Assembly (NCBI GenBank): GCA_036172245.1
Contig: JAYWIR010000036.1
Location: 248,001-312,000, forward strand
Length of the DNA: 64,000 nt
Direction: 5' to 3'
Origin: Raillietiella orientalis
Taxonomy: Eukaryota
Shown here piece after piece: positions 37,767 to 48,269 of the stretch. The position numbers and the translations under genes were made by a program. The number at the start of each line of letters is the position of its first letter. Within the stretch, counting starts at the first letter, position 1. Under the pieces are notes generated by a model, which saw only the letters and a program-made list of their open reading frames with translations, was not told the origin of the DNA and did not search any database.

Positions 37767-37930
37767 TGGACCACTGTTGGTAACTTTCGCAACGTTCCTA
37801 GGAAAACTCCCGTTTTCCATTGTTGCGAAACTCGTTCCTTGCCGAGAAACTTCTTCCGCCCGTTGCTAGGAAATGCGCGTCGATTGTTGAAGATAAAGAA
37901 CTTGAAACATGAAACGAATTCATTTAGGGA
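37767..37930 (+). repeat. Dispersed ~155-bp repeat, copy 2
   Basis: Diverged direct copy of 35906-36059. Confidence 0.9.
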
Positions 37931-39332
37931 AAGGCCCTCTGTAATCGCCGACCTTTGCTCTCCCCTCTCTGGCAAAGTCCCCGCGGCGTCTCAGACGGGA
38001 GCGAGTGAACTCGACGAACGCGCCGGTGGTCGTGCGCACCCTGCCCGCGAGTGCGAGAGAAAAAAAGAAAGGAAAAATCAGACCAGACCCCGCCCGAGCT
38101 TTGCGGGATCGCTCCATGGCAGCCGCTGTGCGCTGTGACCACTGCCGCTCCTTGGGGAAGACGTCGGCGAGGGAAGCCGGGAGAAGCTCCTGGGAAGCCA
38201 CCCACCCCCCGGGGGTGCAGCTACGGTTCGGACAGGGACGCCCTCGGAGAGGGCGTGCCCGGACCCCTGCCTCCCGGTGCTGTTCCCTGCCCGTCCTAGC
38301 GCTCGCAGGAACTTCGGTGAATGCTCTTGGGCTACGGGAGGAGGGAAGGAACCTTCACTGAGTCGGTGAAATCCTGCACTCGCCTCCTCCTCGCAGCCGC
38401 CAGGAGCTCCCTCGCGTCAGGATCCGCCGCCTCTTCGGTCGGTGTCTCCTCAGCCGGCCGGTAGGTCGTGGAGAATCCCGCGGTGCGCCTCGAGAGGGCG
38501 TGCCCACACTCCGCTCGCTGACCGCCATCCCCCCCCCCCCTGGAAACCCCAAACTTTGCGGCGCCTGCTCCCTGTTTCCGCTTCGCGTTCCTCCCGTCTC
38601 TTCCTGTTTGGCAGCGGCGGGCACGCAGCCTATTAGCAGCGTCAATTATCACCATGCGAGATGCTCCGTGCTTAAAAACAGGGCCATAAACGTCGCGAGC
38701 TGGGAGGGGGAGGAGGAAGAGGGAGGGGGGGGGAGAAGCGGATGAATTAGCGGTCCGGTCCATCAGCGAGGCAGACAGACTCCAATGCTAAGAATCTTCC
38801 GCGGTAAATTAGTTCCGTCCTTAAGAACGGACTGCCCAAAAGCAAATCCGGCGAAACTTCCCTCATTACCAGCTGCGTCCCACCTCCCCTCCCTCCGACG
38901 AATGGGCTCCTCGCTAATCGAAGATCGAAACAGACGCGAGATGCAGCATCAGTAACAAATCTTTGATGAGAATCAAAGCCGCAATCGCCGCCGCTCCTTC
39001 CGAGGTGCCCGCTCGCGAGGAAGCGCCACGGACGGCTGCTGCTGCTGCACGCATATTCATTTATTTAAATCTTGCTGGAATTTGAAGAGGGGGAGGCGGG
39101 AGAGGGGAGAGGGGGAGGAGGGGCGAGGCAGCGCTGATAGGAGAAGGGCAGCAAAATAACCTACCGTCAGGATGACTTGCGATTCGAGGGCGCGTTCGGG
39201 CGAAGAGCACTTGGGCTGAGCGGCGGACGATGGGGGCATCACGAGCTCAGCAGCGCACAATGAGCGCGGCCCATCAAGCCTATCAACCGCGAATGGGTTC
39301 TATAAATAGACCTTCGCCGCAAATTGGAGACA

Positions 39333-39523
39333 AGTAAAGCTAAGCGCGAGTCGGAACCCATTCTGGCTCGGTTGGTAGGAGGCCGTTTCAACGGCGAGAG
39401 CCCCACTAGCCGTCTCGTGTGCACTTGGATAAGCATCTCGTGTTCGTGTTGCTTGAGTAGCTTTTGTGTGCATCTGAGATACCGCGGTGGCCTCACCGCA
39501 GCTCGCAGGAGTTTAGAATTACT
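39333..39523 (+). ncRNA. Candidate structured non-coding RNA, family unassigned (may extend 5' to ~39131)
   Basis: A three-part closing helix joins the 5' and 3' ends and encloses three hairpins. All non-Watson-Crick pairs within the helices are G-U on the + strand. TATAAATA lies at 39301-39308. Confidence 0.4.
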
Positions 39524-39917
39524 AACCGAATTCGGTGCGGTGAACTTTCCATGACGGAAAAGATGCGTATCTTCTCTCTTCAGCTTGTTACGTGCAAAGA
39601 AATTTCTATTAATGACCTGTGCTCGTGGTGAGGTTTGAAATCTGACTCGCTAAAACGAACCAGTTTTGTAAAGTGCATGGAGTTTGAATCAATAGCTCGA
39701 ATTCATGGGAAAAGGGTATTTTGAAATTTCGCCAGTAGATGGCACGACTCGCGAACTCTGCATATGTTCAAAATTTTCACAACTCTGCAAATTTCCTAAA
39801 ATTCTACCAAAAAATACAAAATTCGGTAATGACGATAAAGTTGTATTTGGCTTTCTAAGTTTGGAAAAAGTATTTTCGAGAAGAGAATTTAGTAAGTTTT
39901 CGATCAACAGAAAAAAT

Positions 39918-39960
39918 ATTTGATAGCACTATTCGAAAATAGAGTTAGGTAAGCATATAA
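39918..39960 (+). promoter_or_regulatory. Type-3 Pol III promoter of U6atac (TATA plus putative PSE)
   Basis: TATAA at 39956-39960 is -28 from the snRNA start. gatagcactattcgaaaatag occupies the expected PSE position (inferred from position only). Confidence 0.7.
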
Positions 39961-39983
39961 CAAACATCATGAAGTGGGCTGAC

Positions 39984-40080
39984 GTGTCGTAGAAAAGGAG
40001 AGAAGGTTAGCACTCCCCTTGACAAGGATGGAACACACATAAGGTTAAGGCACTGCCGCAAGGCAACTTAACCATATTTT
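39984..40080 (+). ncRNA. U6atac: U6atac minor spliceosomal snRNA
   Basis: gtgtcgtagaaAAGGAGAGAAGGTTAGCACTCCCCTTGACAAGGATGGAA matches the conserved U6atac 5' half (AAGGAGA box, AGC triad, ISL). The 3' stem ggttaag/cttaacc encloses tgcc-GCAA-ggca and the gene ends in oligo-T. Confidence 0.97.
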
Positions 40081-40089
40081 TTTTTTTTT
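40077..40089 (+). terminator. Pol III oligo-T terminator
   Basis: T13 immediately after the U6atac 3' stem. Confidence 0.9.
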
Positions 40090-40703
40090 CATCTTTTGCT
40101 TTTCATGTTCTCCGGGTTCTGGACGCCCCCGCATTTCCCGCTCCCTTTTTCAGAAAACACGCGAAGAAGACGCTGCAGTGCAGCAGCAACCCGCCTCCAC
40201 CTGCGGATTCTGTCAGACCTTCCAGAACGAGGCGCGCGTCAAAATCCATCATCAGCGACCTCTGCCTCCGGTTGGCGCGCTGACCTCACTTGCTTTGCTG
40301 CCTTCCCCCCCTCCCACCCCGGATGGTAGCCGCGCCAGGTGCGAACACCGGTGCGGGGGGATTTGACATTGGGAGACGTGAGCCGTGAAGAATTGGGTTC
40401 TTCCGCGCCCCAAGAGCAAAGAGGGACCTTCGGAAGAAAGTCTGCTTTTATGACGCGGCAAAACCGTTTTTACGAGAAGACTTTTTTCTTTTTTTTTTAA
40501 TCTTCTCCCCTTCTGCGTTTTCAGATTTCGTTGCTGTCGCAACTTGCTGATGGAGAGTCTTGGACGTGCACGTGGTCGAGGGAGCTTCGCACTTCCGGTG
40601 CAGCAGCAGGCTGCGTCCGTTTTCCCAGATAGATGCGGGCGGACGCCCGGGAGATCAACTCGTCCACGCGAAGCATCGCTGAAGATCCAGAAGGGGAGGG
40701 GGG

Positions 40704-40706
<3 letters not shown>

Positions 40707-40737
<31 letters not shown>

Positions 40738-40758
40738 CAGAGACAGACAGAGAGAGAG
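40707..40758. repeat. (GA)n microsatellite
   Basis: Seen directly. Confidence 0.9.
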
Positions 40759-42099
40759 GAGGAGGGGCGGCGGAAATTCCTTATCTGCAGATGAATCCGC
40801 TGATCTGTGAGACGAAAACAATTTTTCCGATGTCTGAAAATTGGTCTGTCGGTTTCCTGGAGGTGTCAGCCGGAAGGGTAAAAGACGGGGGGTGCAGACG
40901 TTCGGGCAGCTCGGCGAGCTGAGGCGGTGACCGGCCCGCACGTGTCGAATTGCGGGTTCGGGTGGACGACAGGCAAGTGAGTGGTGGTGGTGGATGCGTG
41001 CCGCCCCCGAACGATGCAGGGCTACCAGACGGGCTGTTCGACCCGTGCCGGGCAAGGGCGCGGGTGGAACCGGCAGCCGTCATCAAGCGAGGGAAGAAGT
41101 GGAACGGAAACCGGAGCGGAGTCTCTCTGCGCATGCGCGTGATGTTTGCGAGGTGATTTCATTTAAACAGAAACGTCACCATGGAACGACCCATCGAAAG
41201 GACCCCTCCTCCCCTCCCCTTCCGGAGAGAGAGAGAGAGAGAGAAGAAAAAAAAAAAAAAAAAAATCGAGACGCACACGTGGTGATGTAGCCCTCCCAAG
41301 TTTTCTGTGGCTGTCGATCTCTGGGTGGGAAAGGGAGTTGATTGAAAGCAGGGTGGGCAAGAGAAGATTGGTACGAAGGCGGTGCAGCCGTGAGCCCCGC
41401 CACCTTTGTGTCGACAAAGGAAACGCTTGTCAACCCCCCCCCCCTCCTCCCCACATGCCCCACCGCCGAACTGGAGCAGGTAATGCACTCTGGAAGTTCT
41501 CGCCGGACGTGGGCCACTCCTCCGGTAATTTGATTCCTAATTAGTGCCTTCGGTTTAATTTAGACGGATAATTCCGCGTCTTTGGGGGGGGGGGGGGGTT
41601 CGCCGGTCCTTAATCTTAATGTGTGCACACAGGTGTCATGTCCTTTAAATTTATGAGAAGAGAAATTTCGATAAAGGCGATCCCATGTCAATTTCATGCC
41701 GTCTAAATCGATGGCGCTTTCCATAACAACAGCAGGGCGGTCGAGATTCTTTCCTTAATACGTCAGGAACAGATTCCTGCTCATTATTATGATACCCGGA
41801 TGAGCCTTCGGTCGGTGCAACTGCTTCCTGACGCCGGCGACCGTCAAACCAACCTCGATTAAGGGGCAGCAGTCCGCTGCCTGCTGCATTCTGTGCATAT
41901 TAAAACGTGGGATTAGGATAATGGGGGCAGGGTACGCTCTTCGGGATTTGTCTGCCCCATGATGGGTTAATCTGCCTTTACAGTTTTTCGTTTTCACGCG
42001 GCTGATTGCGCTCGGCGGAGGGTTTTTTTTTTTTTTTTGGTTTCGGTTTTTTCCTCCGAAGATCTCCCGAATTATTTCCTCGTTTCACGTGCCTGGCAA

Positions 42100-42440
42100 G
42101 AGGAGGGGCCTCTTCCTCCGGCTGACCGCAGCGGCCTTCGGAGGCACCATTTTCATCAGGGGAGTGCCAACAAGGGGGCAGGGCTGACGGCAGATTCCGT
42201 CGCTAGGAGCGGCAGCTCTCCGCGCGGAGCGGAGGAGGAGGATGGCTGGGGGAGGCAGGTGCCACGTGGTCTCGAAGACGGGAAGCAGGCAGCAGGTGCG
42301 AGAAGCCCCCCGGTGGCACCAGCGCTGGCACGCCTTCCAAAGAGAGCTACCAGGCCTCGATTGCGACTGGATACCAGGGATGCCAGGTAGGGTCCTCTCC
42401 CCCTCCCCTCCCCTCTCTTTTTGATGGAATGAATACAATG
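42100..42440 (+). mobile_element. Possible diverged LINE 3' end
   Basis: ERRRRMAGGGRCHV...RWHAFQRELPGL parallels ERRKKRTERQGCHI...RWPHLNNSTQQELAGI at 2360-2480. Confidence 0.3.
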
Positions 42441-43479
42441 TTAGTTGTAGGTGTATAAGTCCTATGCGCAAGGTCGCAAAGTATCGCACGTGTATGTACA
42501 TATGCATGTGTTGCGATCGTAATTATAATGCTGCCTGGGGGTTTGTTTCAGCATTCCAGCATTTTTTTTTTTCTTTTCCTTCTGGAGGAGAATATCGCGG
42601 TTCTCTGGGTGTCTAGGCAACGGTCCTCTCCTGAAGGTGGAATTTTCCAAAAAAGAGGAAAAAAAAAAACGTGCTTGCAGCTTCTGGCACAGGTGAGATT
42701 TCCACCGGAATTCTGGTTTCCACATTTTAAGAGGACTTGGGAACACTGAAGCGACCTCACGTCAAGTAATTCATCCACGATGTGAGCCACCAGGTCGTCC
42801 GCCTTGAGCGGAGCGAAGGGAAATCGAGATCGAAGCGGAGGATGCGCGCTTGCCATGAAGCAAGAAAGGTGCAGCAGAAGGCGGTGGTGGGCACGGATTG
42901 ACGGAACGAAGCTGTGCGTGGCAGGAGATCATCTCGGACGCCCTTTCCACGCTCCTCCTCCCTGGCGACTGCTAGCCAGAAGCGTCGCCGTCCTCTGGGA
43001 GGTGACCAAGGAGCAGCGAGAAGGCGACTTTCAGCTCGAGCTGGCTCGTGAGTGCTCAGGGAACGGTGCGGAAGCCGTTCCGGAGGGAGAGCGGCTAACG
43101 AGCCTGCTGGCCTCCTGGGAAGGGGGAGGGGGAGCAACCGTGCGATCGGGAATTCGGGATCGGCTGATCGCTCCAGATGTTGCGGAGGGAAGAAGTGGGT
43201 TCCTTTTTTTCCGCGCACGCAGATTGTTTGTACAACAACTCACGTGCCGGAAGGGAAGGGAGGGGGGTAAGGAAGGGATGGTCTGCTCTGAGTTCGCTTC
43301 CCACACGTAACGGTCCGTCGCATCTCTGAATACTTCACGCTTGCTGGCATTGGATTCCCGGTGGGAGAGAGCTGGAGACGGCAGCGGCAAGATGCAGGAG
43401 GAAGTGGAGGCGTTGCCCACCGGTCAACACGCTTCCCGCCACTCTGCACATTCCCTTCTTCCCTCTTTTTTTTTTCTTC

Positions 43480-45330
43480 CTTTTTTTCCCTCCTCTTACG
43501 TTTTTATTCGTAGTTGATGGCATAAACGACGGTCACGGCGAAGATCTCGTCGGACCGGTAGGTGGCGGTTGCGAGGCGGTCCCTTCTGGCATCCCAGAGG
43601 AATCCGGACCGCAAGAAGACAGACTGCCAGCTCCTCTGCCCAAGGAACACTAGGCACGTGAACTTGTACCTGGAAGCAGATCGGGAAACGTCGGTAGGTT
43701 CGTCGGAGTCGGAAGAGCTGAGGGAAGGGTGTGCTCACGGGAAGGCAAGGGGGTGAGGTGCTCAGCCCCTGCTGGCGAGAAAAAAACGGGGAAAAAGGCG
43801 ACCCTCCGAGCCACGTGACACTCCCGCAAATCCAGGACGGCTCCCGAAGTGCAGTCCGTGAACACGAGACTTCTCCCGGCTCGCCATTACGGGAAATGAC
43901 TGCAGCGCTCAGGGAAAGGCGCCGTTCTTGCCTCCACCTGCACGGTTGCCTCCTCCGCTCCGGAGCGCACGTACGGGACATCGGTGTCATCCGGGGGCCG
44001 GTGGTCGGGTTCCTCTAAGACGCCAAGTGCGAGCTACCGACAAAGGGACCACCGGACTCTTTCTTGGCGGAGAAGCAGCGGCAGCTCCCGAAAAGAGAGC
44101 CTGCAGCTGTGGAGGAGGCCCCGAATGGAGCGAGCAGAAGACGGAAAGGGCGGCGTCTCCAACAGCGCGTCGCCGCCGCCGGCCAGCCCGGCCTCCATGC
44201 AACGCGGCCCAAGTGACGCGTGTCTCCGGGAGGCAGGTCAGAGACAGCAGCAGCACATCTGACGAGGGAGGGCGGAGGAGGAGATGGCGGCGGCGGTGGC
44301 ATGAATATTGCAAGGGTTTGAAAGGTGCGAGGGGGTAGGATGGTGGTGACCGTGCGGGGAGCTGCACGTTCCTAACGCACCTGGTAAGTCCCAGAGCCTT
44401 CACCTCGGCTCGAATTTCTTCGCACAGGCAGCAGGCCAGCCGCGGTGTCCCCGCGCCATCGTACCGAACGGCCGCCAGCCGCGTCTCCAGCATTCCCCGC
44501 AGCATAGTCACGACTGCGGACACGTCGAACTTCGGGTCGGGCTCCAAGCAGTAGGAATTGACGCTCTGGAAAGAAGGGGCGCACTGCCTTACTGTAAGAA
44601 ACGTGACGATGATGACGGACGATCACGACGTTGGTAACCTTGGAAACCGAGACCGGACCTCGCGAAATGAGCGCGGAGACGAGTGAGGCGCGCACACCAC
44701 CTACACCGATCGTCCGTCCCGGCGGCGACTCCCTGAAGGGAGTTCTTTTTCTTTTCCGAAAGAATGGGCGTCCTCCTGCGGGCGATCGACAAACTACGAC
44801 CGCTTTCCCCGCCCGCCGGAAGGTGAGGATTCGTGAGACGATGACTGCAACGAATGACGCTCTGCGGAAGGATCCACGAAAGGAAATCTGCCCTACCAGC
44901 CAGAGGCAAAGCACCAATCGAACTTACCCAGGGGGACGCAACTCTGGTGATCCACTTGAGTAGGGTCAGAGGAACCTGGTTGAAGGCAAGAGCGTCCATC
45001 CAGGAGGAGGGCACTCGTGGAGTCATCCGGGAGAATCTCAGAACCCTTTCCTTCTTCCCTCCTCCCACCCTTCTCTCCGTTCTGCTCTAACCCTGACCCC
45101 CATTCGATGCCCGTAGTCTCCGCCAGAGTGATGATGACGAGAGGGGGAAGCAGGTGGCAAGTTGTTTTTGCTTCCAGCGGCTTCTCAGAGGCATGCCGGA
45201 GATAACCAGGATTCAGGGAGCGCGACGCAAGAGATCACCTCCAGTGCATGTTGGCCAATGCCTAGATTTCCCTACCAGCCAAGAGTTGGACTGATATCAA
45301 AGGAGAGGGGGATGCTTCTCCGTCCGGAAG
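43480..45330 (-). mobile_element. Degenerate L1/Tx1-like element (RT to 3' end)
   Basis: ALPESWLS...GSKNNL...GDY (cf. LPxSW...K...RPI...DYKI) and DALAFNQVPLTLLKWI (cf. DxxKAFDRV). Minus-strand AATAAA and A-rich tail near 43470-43510. Confidence 0.5.
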
Positions 45331-46541
45331 GGAAGTGGGAGGATGAGAAAGCGCAGAGTGGAAGATGGCGACGTTGGCGAGGAGTTCGCCATTCGTCGAC
45401 TCCCGTTGCTCCCCAGAGGGTCGCGAGGACGTTGGTCCCGAGAGGAGGCGAGCGCCACCCGAAGGAAATTCAATGAGGAGAATCCCGTCAGATGGAGCGC
45501 AGCGAAACTTTCCCCCAACCAGGAGGTGCTGTGGGCCGCACTTCCGGCCGTCTCCGAACTCGCCGTTCCTTTTCCACCCATGCTCCTCCTCAGGCCGACT
45601 GGGCGGAACCGGTGAAGGGTTACCCCCCTTGGGGAAACGCAAACGTGCTCCCCAAGTTCCACCGGAAATGGAAAGAAATTTAAAGAAAAAAAGGTGCCGC
45701 TGCCGCCGTAGAGGACTCTTGCCGGTCGGTTATGTGGATCAGTCTCCACCACAGGAACGAGCCGACTGGGTGCATAGCACTCGTGAGCGCGACCCGCGGC
45801 TGCTGCTGGCAGCTTTCGATCCAAAGTGCTCCACCTCCATGGGTTCCACGTCAACAGTCGTCCCCCTCTCGGAGATCCTTCATCCCAAAGCTCTCCCTCT
45901 CCTTTTCATCTCCCCTTTATCTCTCTCGCGCGCGTGCAAGTCTCGGGCAGCAGTCAAGAAGGCCACGAGCGAGCGGACCCTTTTATGACCCTCCCAGATG
46001 GGACCCTCTCGCGAGCTCGGTCTCGAAAAGCGACGACCCCTTCCTCTGCATCTTCGAGCCCTCTCTCTGTGCCAGAGTGCGATGGGGAAGGAAGGATGGG
46101 TGGGTGGTAGGGTTCGGCGTCTGCAGCTGCTTCTCCAAAACGTTCCCCCTCCCCTCTCCCCCACGCACACGCGGGGTGGATGGCGGACTGCCATCTGCTG
46201 TGCGTGCAGCCAGCTCTGTGGAAGCGCGGCAAGCCGAGGTGGAAGCAAGCAGGGTCGCGCGCTCTGTTTGTTGGGTAAGGGGGGAATTCACCCCGAAGTC
46301 GCACAGCGTTCCAGCTGCAGACGGAGGACCACTGAGTGCGTGCGGGATCGCGGACAAAGAAGCGCTGGGTACCGGAAACGCAAGCGCGGGGTGCGCAGCG
46401 GTCCAAGAACCAAACCCGTAGGGCAGAAACGTGGGTGCGTCGGGATGTTGGCCCCACCGATAGGGATTCCTCTCGACGTGTGCGCCATCGTCAGTATCTC
46501 AAGCTGGACGCGAAGCAACGCACGCCTACCTTTTCGCTACG

Positions 46542-48050
46542 CTTTCGGCTTGAAACGCGAGCGGTGGAAGGAGGTCGCGACAATGCGGGGAAGAGGCAAC
46601 AATGCGAACGTGCGGCAACAATGTGCGTGGTCGCGCGGGCGAATGAGTGGACCGCGTTCCCGGCGTTTTCGAACGGAGCCAACCCGTCGTTGCTAAGGAA
46701 ATCAAAAGAAAACGTCGACCGTGTGTGATGGACGCACACGGCTGTACGTTGACTGTCGCAGACGCAACGACACCGATGGTACGCACAGGCGCCTGTGGCT
46801 CACTCGTGCCACCTTTAGTAATGTGATTTTCCTTCGTGCTTCGCGTGAAAACTGTAGCTCCTGAAGGAGGTACTTTGAGCGCATCGGATTCAGGATTCTA
46901 TTCGGGAGGGGGAGGAGTCCATCTTATGGATTCCTTGGGCCTAAGAGGGCACGCGTAGCCTGGGCCTGGAGGATCGCGTGCACAATGAGAGAGAGAGAAA
47001 GGGAGGGGGGCTCGCGAATTCACTGCATCGATTTAAATCCACCATTGTCGTCCATCAAAAATGGACCACATCAGATGCTCCATAACCGTGGATGGCTGCT
47101 TCCTGTTTTCGGATTTCTCTTTTTCCTTTTTTTCAACTGAAATCGAAACTCGTAATGGCTAAGAGCTCTAAGAAATCGAATTCCTAAGAAGCAAAGCAGG
47201 ATGTTGCGTCTCTCGGAAGGCCGCCACTCGGCAGGGGAAGTGAAGATTAGGAAGATCTTGAGGCATCACTTGGTTGCATGTATCTGATTTCGAATCGCAT
47301 GGAGAGAACAAATCTTTCCGGAAAGGACTAAGTCGATTCCCCAGAGTGTTCTCAACTCGTTCGTGTTTTTTTTTTTTTTTTTCTTACTGCGCAGCCTGCT
47401 CGTGTTACACGCGGAGGCTCCACGCAACCCGTTCTCGATGTTCAGCGGCAGCAGCAGTTTGTGGACCCAAGTCGATCGCAGTTGCATTGCTGTCGAAGGG
47501 GGCAGCGGAGCCCACCCGGTTCTTCTGAAGAAGATGCAAGGGATCTCAGACACTGTCCCAGTCGAGAGAATCCGGTTTTCTATTTAACTCGGGAGAGGAG
47601 ACTCCTCGTCTATCCTTTATTTCCTAATGCAATGATGCCTATCATTATGGACGTGAAAGGCAGCAGCTCAGCTTGCTGCTGCGCGATCTGTTCTTTTCTT
47701 GATTTGCCTCGTCAACGGCACTCCAGAATCCTGCCAAAAGGCGAGACCAAGGAAGCGTTGCTAGGAACGCTTCGCTGTTGCTCGGATTTCGAGCCACAGG
47801 CGCCTGTGCGTACCATCGGTGTCGTTGCGTCTGCGACAGTCAACGTACAGCCGTGTGCGTCCATCACACACGGTCGACGTTTTCTTTTGATTTCCTTAGC
47901 AACGACGGGTTGGCTCCGTTCGAAAACGCCGGGAACGCGGTCCACTCATTCGCCCGCGCGACCACGCACATTGTTGCCGCACGTTCGCATTGTTGCCTCT
48001 TCCCCGCATTGTCGCGACCTCCTTCCACCGCTCGCGTTTCAAGCTGAAAG
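46542..48050. repeat. 260-bp inverted repeat pair (46542-46801 / 47791-48050), 989-bp spacer
   Basis: The arms are reverse complements with one mismatch seen near the outer end. Confidence 0.95.
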
Positions 48051-48269
48051 TGTGACCCGCAAGCGAGACTGCCACACGCGCGTGCTGAAGAGACCAGGGA
48101 AAAGACACGCAACGGAGAGGTCGAATGACTGACCAACCGACTTTCTCCCCCCGGGCAAAGCAACACTTTGTGTGTGGTAGTGGTGGTGGTGATGGGGGCA
48201 TGTGGGGCGTCTTCTTCATAACGCACGAGCTCCGAGAGATCTGGGCATGCGGTCCCGGCTCGCCACATA

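Noticed and set aside
39300..39325. RNase P RNA (minus-strand GAAGGTCT resembling CR-I)
   Set aside because: No matching CR-V partner downstream on that strand, and the helix wobble pairs favour the + strand.
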